Below, piece by piece: positions 54,724-64,000 of a stretch of DNA of 64,000 nucleotides. Source of the stretch: a virus. Within the stretch, counting starts at the first letter, position 1. Every line of letters starts with the position of its first letter. The DNA lies in the IMG/VR virus record IMGVR_UViG_3300048790_000078, positions 22,260-86,259 of that record. The stretch is one strand, 5' to 3'. Under the pieces are notes generated by a model that was not told where the DNA came from, did not search any database, and was given only the letters and a program-made list of their open reading frames with translations. The translations under genes and the position numbers were made by a program.

Positions 54724-54998
54724 GCCGCAAAGTGAAGTACAGCGGCCCGCAGCCTGGCGGTACGTACAGGCCGAATCCAGCGCCCGTGGTCATCAAGCCG
54801 GGGCAGGTATGGCGGGACAAGGACAAGCGGCGGGAGGAAGATGGAATCGTGCGAACGTTCCGCGTTACCGGCGTAAAATTCGACGGGCGATGGATCGAAT
54901 GCAGAAACCCTGGGACCGGGCGCGTATATGGGTTTGCCGCGAAGCGCTTTGGCTCCGGTCGCGCCAACGATAGCTTTGAACTGGTGGAGGACGTGTAA
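54720..54998 (+). CDS. SH3-like hypothetical protein
   Basis: IKPGQVWRDKDKR. Confidence 0.65.
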   Translation: MSRKVKYSGPQPGGTYRPNPAPVVIKPGQVWRDKDKRREEDGIVRTFRVTGVKFDGRWIECRNPGTGRVYGFAAKRFGSGRANDSFELVEDV

Positions 54999-55088
54999 TG
55001 ATCGTCGGGATGGGAGCGGGACTTAAGTATCTCGTCTGCATGGCAGCGGGCGCTATCAGGGCTATACGGGACAGGAGGAGGACACGCA

Positions 55089-55289
55089 ATGTATGACGCC
55101 GTGATCGCGGTGGGACTAATCGCATTCATCGCAGGAGTTGTCGGAGTCGGAGTCGGAGTCGGAATAGGCACATTTCGGGAGTGGGTAGATCATCGCCAGT
55201 TTTGCGATTGCAAACAGTGCGGTATATGGCGCGAGGGGTTGGCTGCTAAGGCCAAAAAGAAGGAGGGCCGACCGTGGATGAAATCCTGA
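55089..55289 (+). CDS. Small membrane protein
   Basis: GGAGG RBS, TM helix, CDCKQC. Confidence 0.55.
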   Translation: MYDAVIAVGLIAFIAGVVGVGVGVGIGTFREWVDHRQFCDCKQCGIWREGLAAKAKKKEGRPWMKS

Positions 55290-55795
55290 CCGACGAGAAA
55301 CTCGCGGCGCTGAAAGCGGAATTGAAGTCCGCTCACGATACCCACGATGCCCGCATGAAAGACAAGAATGCCGAAATCCTGAAGGCGCACATCGCCGCGA
55401 CCGCAGTGTACCTGTCGTCGCCCGCGATGAAGACCTTCGCAGACCTGAAGACATCGAAGGCCGGGACCGTTCTTGCGATGCTCCAGGATGGCGCGATCTC
55501 GCGCGGCAAGGCGTGCGAGGTGCTGGCGCTCCTGGCGCATGGGGTTGGCTGGGATGATATCCCGCTGCCAGTTGAGAGTGGTCGCCAGTTCGGCGAGGAT
55601 GAGGTTCCGGCGGATGTATGCGCGGCGTTGAAGGAGTCCATGCGCCTGATCGCCAGCGGGGAGAAGCGCCTGGTGATGTATGGCGGAAACGGGTGCCTGA
55701 CCGACCTTTGCGATCACTGGGATGACGGGACGTGCAGCATGAAGGAACCGTACTGTCGGATCGGAAGGACTTTAGGTGCGACATCCCAACGATGA
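55274..55795 (+). CDS. Hypothetical protein
   Basis: Operon ORF. Confidence 0.65.
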   Translation: MDEILTDEKLAALKAELKSAHDTHDARMKDKNAEILKAHIAATAVYLSSPAMKTFADLKTSKAGTVLAMLQDGAISRGKACEVLALLAHGVGWDDIPLPVESGRQFGEDEVPADVCAALKESMRLIASGEKRLVMYGGNGCLTDLCDHWDDGTCSMKEPYCRIGRTLGATSQR

Positions 55796-56164
55796 GGATC
55801 CATCACCCTGCGTCCGGTAGATCGTCGGGAACTTCGCTTCCGGTTCGATCTCGGTGAGGTGCGAATACGTCACGCGGATGTTCTGAGTGGGGATGGTATC
55901 GCCATGAGCGAATTCGATTTCTGGAATCATCTGCAAATCAACCTTTCTAATTGCGCGAGTTTCGTCATCATTCGGTCGGAGGGTTATGCGACGGGCGGCG
56001 GCGCGAAGACGGTAGCGATCTCTGTGATCAGGGCGTCGAAGTTATTCGGCTGCGGAAGGGTCGAGGCTCCTCCGGCGGCGGTCGCGGCATATGCTTGGTC
56101 GGCGATGATCGCCATCTGGAGAGCTTTCATGAGGAAATTCTGAATCGACGATGGTTTCATGCCT

Positions 56165-56611
56165 TCATCTTCCCACAATCAGCCGCGCGTTGCCGACGAA
56201 CCCGACGCCGATTGGCGCCGCCAGCCCAAGGTCTACCAGCCCCGTCGCCCGCTCCCATGGATCACGGTAGCGCCAGCGCTGAAAGGCCGGCAAGAACTCC
56301 AGCGCCTCCTGCCCGATGCCGAACGCGAGAATCGCCGCTTTCGCAGCGGTGAACTTCGGCACGTTGAGCACGCACGGCTTCAGCAGGAATACTGCGTTCT
56401 GTTCGCACAGCGGCCCGCCAGGCGATCCGTACCTGATGGTGGTCACGTAGTCCCCGGCAGAGAACATCTGAAGCGCTGCGTTGGCCGTGCGGCGGAATGT
56501 GACGTCGTTCGGTGCATGGTGGTAGATGTGCGCGATGGCCGAGAGCGGGATCGAGACGGTCTGGGCCTGAGCGGAGAAGCAGGCGAGAAGGGCGGCGAGC
56601 AAGGGCTTCAT
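56165..56611 (-). CDS. Exported or membrane protein with signal peptide
   Basis: MKPLLAALLACFSAQA|QTVSI. Confidence 0.6.
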   Translation of the reverse strand: MKPLLAALLACFSAQAQTVSIPLSAIAHIYHHAPNDVTFRRTANAALQMFSAGDYVTTIRYGSPGGPLCEQNAVFLLKPCVLNVPKFTAAKAAILAFGIGQEALEFLPAFQRWRYRDPWERATGLVDLGLAAPIGVGFVGNARLIVGR

Positions 56612-56747
56612 GTGTCCAGGATACCGCGATTCAGTTCGCAAGGAATCCTTGACCGCTGGACGCGGAAATGTCACCGCGCCGGTCCCGTCCCGCCGGTCAC
56701 CCGCACGTCCTGGTTCCGGGCGCTTGCGGTGATGCAGAGGGACGGTC

Positions 56748-58913
56748 TCAATTTATCACCGTATAACTGAAGCAAGCTGGGTTTGTTACCGGTGCTGAGC
56801 TTGTGATGGTAAAGCTGACCCCCGCTGTACGAGCGCTCACCCCGAATAATGCTGGCTCCGTGGCGTTGCAGGTAACTCCCAGTTTAGCTCCGAGGCTGGC
56901 ATCGAATGTTACCAAAATTTGTGAATTGGCCGTGACTACTGAAGTGTTTACGGTCACCGTTGTTGCGGAAGCGGTGACCACTACAGATCCTGACGGAGCG
57001 TTCGCGCACGCTGCTGGCGAGGCAGAAGATGAACAATTGGAACTGGTCAATAAAAAAGGGGCGGATGGTAGCGTGATGTTTGAGGCAGGTTTCAGCGCTA
57101 CCATAAAAGCTGCGAACGGATCAGCCGAAGTATTGTCATTTGATACAGCGTTGGTGCTCCCGGCTATTCCCTGAACTTTATACTCTGTCAGAACCTGATT
57201 GGACAAGAATCTTTGAATCGCAGTGAACCCGCTCCCCGCGCTGTTCACGCCATTGTAAACAAGGGTGAACCCGAAAATTAAATCGTTATTGATGGCATTC
57301 GGGGCGATTGGGGTGTAGACGTTTCCCGTCCCCGTTCCACTCGTAGAACTGTTATTGGCGCTTTTTGTTGCGGCCTCAATAGAGGTGCACGACTTAGCAC
57401 CAACGATTTCGACCGCGAACATCCTCGGGTAGTTGGTGGACGTTGCTGCCGTGAGAGTCACAGTATTGCTGGCGGTCGAAAATGTATTTGATGCACAGAA
57501 AATCTCCGCGACGGTCGCGCTTCCATTGATGGCCGTGACGGCGCCTGCACCCGCATCGGCATATGTGTTTGTCGCGGTGTCGGCCACGCTGATTGTGTTG
57601 TTATTGGAATTTGATCCGCCGCTTAGAATGACGCTTCCGGGTGTAAGCGGATTGGTGAAAGTACATGCCAGATTAGGGCTTCCAGTTCCTGCCGGAGCCG
57701 TATTACTGCATGAATTGACGACCTGAAAACCATAGCCAACGGAAGCATTCAGAGCGGAGGTCGGGAAGATATTCCCAGTAGTATCCTGCTGAAATGGACT
57801 CAGCGAAGATAACGCCGCTCCGGTATTATTCGCGGGGATTGGCCCATACGCTACAGCCACCCCGGAACGCGGAACCCATCCGTTCGCGTTAAGCCCAATC
57901 GAAACCGGAGCGCTCCACGTTCCTGAATTTCCCGGCCACGAAGGGCTCTCGCTCCATGCCATTCCTGTCCCGGCATTTGACTGATCCATGTACATCCGGT
58001 AAGCTGTTGCGCCTGCCGATGTTGTGTATGTAACCAAAGACCCAGCTTCGACTGCCCCCCAATTTCCCCAGTTGGAGGCAGTTAAAGAGCACCCTGCTGT
58101 CGGCCCGGTGCATGTGAAATACACCAGTTGCTGCGTCCCGCTATTGTTGTTTTTGGCAACTAAAATGTAAGCGCCGCCGATGATGTACATCGAGCCATCG
58201 ATGTAATTTGTCCCCGTGATCGCATTTGGATTTCCACCTACAGTGCTTGTTCCCTGGGGGTTGACGGTTGACGTTCCGGCCCCAAAAGAGGAGAACGGAT
58301 TTGCCGCGGATGAAGTCACGGGAAGAGAATAAATCTCCATCGTGTTCATGGAGGCATTCCCCGCGCTGAGCATTACGTAGATACTTCCGTCTGCGTCTAT
58401 AAAAGGCTTAGGTGCCCAAAAGTCAACCGCTCCGGTGATAGTCGGCGTGACGGTAGCATAGGCACTCCAGTGAAGACCATCCGTACTGTTAGCGATCCCG
58501 AAATAGGCGTTATTCGACGTTGTATCGGTACACGATGCCGTGTCGGCGGTGTAAAACAGCCACCACTGATTATAAAGAAACAGGATGTCAGGGTCGCGCA
58601 GGGCAACTGTTGGAGTATAGGTAGGCCCGTCTCCCAGAAGCGTGAAGTTATGCCCGTCCGTAGAAATGGACAGGTGCATCTTGCATGAGCCAGGCTCTCC
58701 ACTGACCGATCCGTCGAAAGTCGGAAGCAGGATCATTTGAGTAGAGATCCACGCGGCGGAACTCGAAGACTGACCTACCACGACAGCCCCCGCGCTCGGA
58801 CTTACCGTTACCAGGGTGGGACCGATCCCCGAGGAGGCGGAACTTCCGATTTGGGCGTCCTGGCCGAGAAGCGCGGCGGCCGAAAGCAGAACTGCGACGA
58901 TAAGGCTTCTCAT
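56748..58913 (-). CDS. Signal-peptide protein with GH43/GH32-like beta-propeller and Ser/Thr-rich C-terminal domains
   Basis: MRSLIVAVLLSAAALLG|Q; LRDPDI, FWAPKPF, YIDG, AVEAG; STDG Asp-box-like motifs. Confidence 0.75.
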   Translation of the reverse strand: MRSLIVAVLLSAAALLGQDAQIGSSASSGIGPTLVTVSPSAGAVVVGQSSSSAAWISTQMILLPTFDGSVSGEPGSCKMHLSISTDGHNFTLLGDGPTYTPTVALRDPDILFLYNQWWLFYTADTASCTDTTSNNAYFGIANSTDGLHWSAYATVTPTITGAVDFWAPKPFIDADGSIYVMLSAGNASMNTMEIYSLPVTSSAANPFSSFGAGTSTVNPQGTSTVGGNPNAITGTNYIDGSMYIIGGAYILVAKNNNSGTQQLVYFTCTGPTAGCSLTASNWGNWGAVEAGSLVTYTTSAGATAYRMYMDQSNAGTGMAWSESPSWPGNSGTWSAPVSIGLNANGWVPRSGVAVAYGPIPANNTGAALSSLSPFQQDTTGNIFPTSALNASVGYGFQVVNSCSNTAPAGTGSPNLACTFTNPLTPGSVILSGGSNSNNNTISVADTATNTYADAGAGAVTAINGSATVAEIFCASNTFSTASNTVTLTAATSTNYPRMFAVEIVGAKSCTSIEAATKSANNSSTSGTGTGNVYTPIAPNAINNDLIFGFTLVYNGVNSAGSGFTAIQRFLSNQVLTEYKVQGIAGSTNAVSNDNTSADPFAAFMVALKPASNITLPSAPFLLTSSNCSSSASPAACANAPSGSVVVTASATTVTVNTSVVTANSQILVTFDASLGAKLGVTCNATEPALFGVSARTAGVSFTITSSAPVTNPACFSYTVIN

Positions 58914-59398
58914 TGTTCTATCCACCTGACGAAGGTATCCCCGCTGATGGTCCCGGTGAGCGGAGTCACCGAAACGCTGATGTTCTGGACGGTCGCGAGT
59001 CCGCGGGTCATGAACATGTTGGCGATGTTGAACGGCTGATTGCTGGTGAACGTGTAGCATCCCGCCGTCACACCGCCGCTGGAGTTGCTCGCCGTGTAGA
59101 CCTTGGTGGCTGAGATCGGAGCGCCAAAGAGTTGCTTCGGGCCCCCGGTATCCAGCGTGGTTGTAGCGGCCGTGCCGTTGTTGATGAAGCAGGCCTTAGC
59201 CGATTGCCCTGGCGTCAGGCTGATGCCGAGGTAGGCCCCGACCCACTGCCTGTTGGCGCCCGCCGGCAGTTGCAGCGTCAGTGTCTCTCCGGCCGAGGAG
59301 GCGAACGAGTCGTCGTAGGAGTACTGATTCGGCGGAGGAATCGTGCCTTGCGCCAGCAACGCGAGCGCGGTGAACGTCAGGATGAGCAATCGCTTCAT
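58910..59398 (-). CDS. Signal-peptide beta-sandwich protein
   Basis: MKRLLILTFTALALLA|QG; ATGA-coupled. Confidence 0.7.
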   Translation of the reverse strand: MKRLLILTFTALALLAQGTIPPPNQYSYDDSFASSAGETLTLQLPAGANRQWVGAYLGISLTPGQSAKACFINNGTAATTTLDTGGPKQLFGAPISATKVYTASNSSGGVTAGCYTFTSNQPFNIANMFMTRGLATVQNISVSVTPLTGTISGDTFVRWIEQ

Positions 59399-59443
59399 GC
59401 GAACAGTCTACCAATTCAGGACGTCTCCGTGGAGGTATGTCCT

Positions 59444-61915
59444 TTATTGGAGCACTCCGTTTACCCATGTGTACGTGCTGTTTGAGCATCCGCTCGGGAT
59501 GCCTGCCATGATCGTCGAGCAGTTCGTGACGTTCGTGGTTCCTGTGTACCCGGCCACCATCGCCGGGATAGAAAGGACGTTACCGGACTCCTGAAGCCCT
59601 GTGCCGACCGTGATCGCGCCTGTGTCGCCGCCGAGTGATGAGACGCCGGAGCTGCCACCGCCCATACAGTTCCAGTTTCCGTGATCGTATTGAGCAACCG
59701 TCCCAGTGCCACCCGTGACGCAAGCGCCTCCGGTAAATCCATCCTGTGAATTCTTGCAGTCAGTACAGTAAGCGAGAGCCCCGTCGCCGGGGACGCCAAG
59801 GCTGGAAAAGGCATAGTGGGTAAGCGCCAACTGCCCGTCCATGTTCACGTTTCCGTATAGATGAGTCGCTCCTGTAGACGTGGAAATGTGCATCAACTTT
59901 ACATATGTTTGACTGGTGCCTGCGGGCTTGCGATAGATAGAAAAGCTGTCGGCGTCTGAAAACGTCGCATCGTCATACCCTCCGATGTCCACTGCCCATG
60001 ATGGAAGGGCGCTGTTAGCCGGGACGCCTCCTGTGGTAGACGCTTTGGTTTCGTTTGCGGCCAGCCAAAGGCCATTGTAGTTACTTGCCGAGCCGCCGTT
60101 TGAGTGAAGCGCGCTGCCGAGTCCTGACGTAAAGGGGAACTGGATGTGAGAGGATGCTGCGGTACCAAAGCTAAAATCAAGCGAGTCCCACGCCATATTC
60201 AAAGATGTGAAAAACATCGACTGACTCGGACGATAGAAAGTGAATGTTTTAGCGACATTGAGAGCCGTGAAATCCATGACCCAGTCCCCGCCACCGTTGA
60301 GCTTAACAGCGATCTTATCGGTCGCTGCTGAGCCAAGGGAGAAAGGTCCGATGTCGAACTCATTCACTGCCGGGGTCTGGGTCACTCCCCCAGATCGCTC
60401 GCCAATTATCCCTATATCCGGCAGGAAACAGCTTGCCCCGTTGTTCCCGATCTGAGTCGGTGGCGACGATGCGTACAACGATCCGTTCAGGCAATTCGTA
60501 TAGCTGGCCTGTGTTCCGCCAACCACAGTCATTTCGTAAGGCAGTTGACCGTTCGTACTCGCGGTCGTGACGACGTTGGTGTTGTACTCCATGTACACGT
60601 CATCAAGCTGCAAGTTGCTTCCGCCGTCGTACAGAATACCGTCCGCGCCGCCGTCGATAAAGCCGCCGCTGATCTTGGTTCCAGCCGAGTTGCGCACGAT
60701 CACGTTCGACACGTAGCCCTTGACGCCGGTCCCGCGCATACGTGCATCGTTGCCGCCCGCATTGCCTGAACCAGGCCCATCGAATGACACCCCGAATGAT
60801 CCGGTCCATGTCTTTTGGTTGTAGAAATTCTCAATGGTCGAATCGACAATCTGGTTGCGATAGGTGACCGCTGTCGGCGTCCCGACCGCGTCCATATACA
60901 TCCAGATTCCTTGCCACATGTTGTTCATGTAGACATCTTTGATGATGCAGAACTGGGTATGCGTGGTCGTGGCATCGCTTGTGATCTCGATACCTTGATA
61001 CTGTGTTCCGCCGACCCCCTGGAAAGTGGCTCCGAGGACTTTGTTGCTGGAACCGAGGATAGTGAATACCCACTGGTTCGCGCAAATAGGGTTTATTACC
61101 GCTCCATACCCGCTGATCGTAATTGGCGCATTGGCGTTGGGCGTTCTGATCGTGACGGCGCAGATCGAATAGTTTCCGGCTGGCATCAGGATTGTTCCAC
61201 CGGAAATCTGAAGGCTATTGATAGCGGTCTGCAATGCCTGAGTGTCCGTTCCTGAGAAGTCTTTCACGCTGACGATATCCCGCATCTTCGCCTGAGCGCT
61301 ACGGGCCACGACAGCACCTGTCCCCTGCTGCACGAAAGTCTGAGAGTTGACCGAGCCGTTCGCTGTCGCCGTGACGGTCCAGTAATCGGTCGCTGAGTGC
61401 CCCGTTGTCGCCGCCCATGTGATCGTGACGCCATCACTGCCCGTCACCGTACCGCCCGATGTCCACGCCGCCGGGCAGCTTCCGACTGGAACCGAGAACT
61501 GCGTTGCGCTGACTCGCAGAACTGAAGCGTTCGCCACGTTGTAGCCGGATGGCGCTGCGCCGGTAACGGTCGCCTGCGCGCCGGTGAGCAGCCCATGAGA
61601 CGCTGCCGTGAAGGTGATCCGGCTTGCGGTACATGACGCCGCGGTGACCGTGCCTGCCGGATAGGTCATCGCCTGAGCTGCGCCTGTGACGTTGACCGCC
61701 GCGGTGGCCGTCCCGCCGTCGCGGGAGAACGTCACGGTGTCTGGCGTCCCCGACGCGGCAATCGTGGCCGTGTAGTAGTGGTTCGCCGCCGGGCTGGTGA
61801 ACGTCCCGCCGGAGGTCGCATCGTTCAGGCCGCTGCCTGTGAATACCGGCGGCCCGATGCTCACTGTCTGGGCGAGAGCGCAAGAGGAAACGAGGATAAG
61901 AAGTAGGGCTTTCAT
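59444..61915 (-). CDS. Tailspike-like beta-helix (pectate-lyase fold) protein with signal peptide
   Basis: MKALLLILVSSCALA|Q; RSAQAKMRDIVSVKDF..DTQALQTAIN..GGTILMPAGNY followed by beta-helix repeats. Confidence 0.8.
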   Translation of the reverse strand: MKALLLILVSSCALAQTVSIGPPVFTGSGLNDATSGGTFTSPAANHYYTATIAASGTPDTVTFSRDGGTATAAVNVTGAAQAMTYPAGTVTAASCTASRITFTAASHGLLTGAQATVTGAAPSGYNVANASVLRVSATQFSVPVGSCPAAWTSGGTVTGSDGVTITWAATTGHSATDYWTVTATANGSVNSQTFVQQGTGAVVARSAQAKMRDIVSVKDFSGTDTQALQTAINSLQISGGTILMPAGNYSICAVTIRTPNANAPITISGYGAVINPICANQWVFTILGSSNKVLGATFQGVGGTQYQGIEITSDATTTHTQFCIIKDVYMNNMWQGIWMYMDAVGTPTAVTYRNQIVDSTIENFYNQKTWTGSFGVSFDGPGSGNAGGNDARMRGTGVKGYVSNVIVRNSAGTKISGGFIDGGADGILYDGGSNLQLDDVYMEYNTNVVTTASTNGQLPYEMTVVGGTQASYTNCLNGSLYASSPPTQIGNNGASCFLPDIGIIGERSGGVTQTPAVNEFDIGPFSLGSAATDKIAVKLNGGGDWVMDFTALNVAKTFTFYRPSQSMFFTSLNMAWDSLDFSFGTAASSHIQFPFTSGLGSALHSNGGSASNYNGLWLAANETKASTTGGVPANSALPSWAVDIGGYDDATFSDADSFSIYRKPAGTSQTYVKLMHISTSTGATHLYGNVNMDGQLALTHYAFSSLGVPGDGALAYCTDCKNSQDGFTGGACVTGGTGTVAQYDHGNWNCMGGGSSGVSSLGGDTGAITVGTGLQESGNVLSIPAMVAGYTGTTNVTNCSTIMAGIPSGCSNSTYTWVNGVLQ

Positions 61916-61920
61916 GGGTT

Positions 61921-64000
61921 TTACGCTGGAATTGGCCAGTCAATCGTTGGCGTCGACGTTGCGCGCGTGTTGCCGGTCGCGTCGGTCTGGAAAGAGATCA
62001 CGCATTCAGTGTTCGCTGGGCTCGCCGACGTGTTCAGCGTCCCCTGGATGAAGTAGCCGTTGGACGGCGTCACGCTGAGCGAGTGGCCTTGCTGCTGCCA
62101 CCAGGTCGGGCTGGAGTCCGGACTATTGCCGGTGTTCGCTGCCGCCAGCGATACGTAAAGCTGCGCGACGTTCGAGCCGCCAGGTGCGAAGTGAACGAAT
62201 ACGCCGGCCGCATACGTGGTCCCGACTGCCCATGCTGGCGCACTCGGGTCTTCCTGGCTGATAAGGGACCAGTTTGTCAGGATGCCCGCGCCGGTGCTGT
62301 AGTTGATCGGCTGGCCGAGGATCGTGTCCTGGGTGAGCACCAGCAGGTTAGTTCCCTTTGAGGCATCCGGCGTTGCCACACCGTTGACAATAGGGACGTT
62401 GTAGTAGGGGCTCGGTGGCGCGACCGTGCCGCTCTGGCCGAAGATGTACGTCTCCTGCATTGGCGACAGTTCAAAGTCCGACAGGTTGCCCAGCGAATCG
62501 GCCGATTGGAGAACCAGCAGCGAACTGACGCCGCTCTGGTTCGGGACTGGCACGGTCACGACGTTCGCGAGCGTTGGGTAGGTGTATGGCGTCCCCGAAA
62601 TGACCACCGTGTTAAGGGCCAGCGTCAGGTCCGATGAGCCGTTCACGACTACGCTCGGGGTGTCTTTGAACCCAAGCGGAGAAGGGTAGAGGATAACGAA
62701 GTCCGTCGTCGCGTCCGGCGTCACGGCCCACATGCCTTCAATCGTTATCGAGGTGCTCGTGTTCGATGCGATCTTGTTGTAAATCTGCCCCGCGCCGGTT
62801 CCGCCGACCGCTATGATGATGTTGCCTTTGTCCTGGTTGACAGCCAGGCCGGAAGGCGCGTAACTGCTCACGAAGTTCGGATCGGTGAAGCTGTTCGAGG
62901 TGATGCTCTGGGGCATGATGCGGCACACCCAAACGTCCCCGGACGGAACGGACGAAGACAGAATTCCGGCGGTCACGAACACGCTCAGATCGGTGTCCAG
63001 CGTCAGGACAGAGGCTGGTCCGGCCGTGTTGCTCACGATGCCGACTTCGAGGAGCGGGATGAAGTCGATCAGGCCGCCAGGTGCCAGAGCGTAAAGCTTC
63101 AGCCGATACCCAGCCAACTGATTGAGCGTCAGGTTCGCGCTGCTGAACGTGACAGTGAACGATCCATACGATGTCGCAATGTCGCCGAAGATTCCGCCAT
63201 GCGAGATCTGGAACGCGGTCATGCGGAGGTGGTCTTCTACCTCGTCGAGCGGGCCGTAACCGTCCCCTGGCCCAAACGGTGCCAGCGAACTGAGCGTAAT
63301 CGTCGCTGGCGCTCCACCGATTCCGCCGTTGCCGCTCACAAAGCTCAACTGGTCGATGTTTGGGCCGGAGTACACCCGATAGCCGTAATTGCTCGGGTCC
63401 CATGACGGCGTAATCACGACTTTAGAGCTACCGCTCGCCACAACGACCGTCGTCAATGCGAAGTTGGTTTCGATCCCATTGGTATCGTATCCAGACAAGG
63501 CCACGAGGTAGGTGCCGGCCGCGATGCTTCCGCCTCCGATAACTGCCGTGCTGGTGATCTTCGGTGCGCGGATCGCAGTCGTCGCCGTGTTCTTGGGAGG
63601 AATAAAGGCTGATGCAATCCCGACGCTGACGCTCGGGTCGGAGTTCTGGACACTCGACTGCATCAGGGTCATCCCGGGAGTCAGGCCGAGAAGGCTTGGG
63701 TCCTCGTTCAGGTTGAACGCTCCGACAGGCTGAGGCGGTAGAGGGAACCGTGTCTGTGTGCCTCTCACGGTGAACGGATACGCCGTCACGCTGGAGATGT
63801 TCTCATGCTGCTGGCCTGCCTGGTTGAACGCCGGAAACTTGAACCAGAACGTCTTGCCGATGTCGCCGGGCTGCAGTTGGTATTCGTACTGATTCCCATC
63901 TGCGATCAGAGTGAATGGCGCGTTGGAGGCATGCGGAACGTCGAACGTTCCGAAAACCCCGCGGCGCATGTACTTCGCCCCGCCGCCGGACTCGAAGTCG
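61921..64000 (-). CDS. Tail/host-specificity protein, C-terminal part (5' end outside window)
   Basis: RRGVFGT...IGKTFWFKFPAFN; CBM5/12-like AWAVGTTYAAG...LYVSL...PDSSPTWW. Confidence 0.75.
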   Translation of the reverse strand, partial: DFESGGGAKYMRRGVFGTFDVPHASNAPFTLIADGNQYEYQLQPGDIGKTFWFKFPAFNQAGQQHENISSVTAYPFTVRGTQTRFPLPPQPVGAFNLNEDPSLLGLTPGMTLMQSSVQNSDPSVSVGIASAFIPPKNTATTAIRAPKITSTAVIGGGSIAAGTYLVALSGYDTNGIETNFALTTVVVASGSSKVVITPSWDPSNYGYRVYSGPNIDQLSFVSGNGGIGGAPATITLSSLAPFGPGDGYGPLDEVEDHLRMTAFQISHGGIFGDIATSYGSFTVTFSSANLTLNQLAGYRLKLYALAPGGLIDFIPLLEVGIVSNTAGPASVLTLDTDLSVFVTAGILSSSVPSGDVWVCRIMPQSITSNSFTDPNFVSSYAPSGLAVNQDKGNIIIAVGGTGAGQIYNKIASNTSTSITIEGMWAVTPDATTDFVILYPSPLGFKDTPSVVVNGSSDLTLALNTVVISGTPYTYPTLANVVTVPVPNQSGVSSLLVLQSADSLGNLSDFELSPMQETYIFGQSGTVAPPSPYYNVPIVNGVATPDASKGTNLLVLTQDTILGQPINYSTGAGILTNWSLISQEDPSAPAWAVGTTYAAGVFVHFAPGGSNVAQLYVSLAAANTGNSPDSSPTWWQQQGHSLSVTPSNGYFIQGTLNTSASPANTECVISFQTDATGNTRATSTPTIDWPIPA

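Noticed and set aside
55140-55162. GTCGGA tandem repeat
   Set aside because: Simply encodes VGVGVGVG in a TM helix.
1-64000. Integrase/att site, reverse transcriptase (DGR or retron), lysis cassette
   Set aside because: No supporting motifs recognised in this window, so lifestyle cannot be determined.

Overview
GC-rich segment of a large tailed (Caudoviricetes) phage or prophage genome. No integrase, tRNA/rRNA or CRISPR array was seen. The DnaB and YycJ-like genes resemble host genes from memory, possibly Acidobacteria (inference). Layout: (i) 1-12.5 kb, minus strand, packaging arm: ParB, MTase-like protein, TerS, TerL, cold-shock protein and a portal that runs off the left edge and carries two tandem LAGLIDADG inteins. 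(ii) 12.6-13.8 kb, AT-richer non-coding hub with phased DnaA-box-like sites and four 25-bp repeats. (iii) 13.9-33.4 kb, plus-strand early/accessory operon: three WGR-domain proteins, an ATP-dependent ligase, a Ycf46-like AAA/DUF3150/DUF1257 module, ASCH, a clamp-loader-like AAA, DUF5131 and an N6-MTase-like gene. (iv) 33.4-49.1 kb, minus-strand replication/modification arm: two PP-loop enzymes, two ParB, RusA-like, MBL nuclease, intein-containing DnaB, DUF1376 initiator. (v) 49.2-56 kb, plus-strand recombination arm. (vi) 56-64 kb, minus-strand end of the tail operon. Strongest unexplained signals: an octamer CGTAGACG occurring 15 times, all on the + strand, between 12.6 and 20.7 kb (about one per early gene, embedded in Val-Asp codons or TAG stops), and a run of tailspike/glycosidase-like tail-operon genes that all begin with Sec-type signal peptides. 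All family assignments are from manual motif recognition; no database searches were run.
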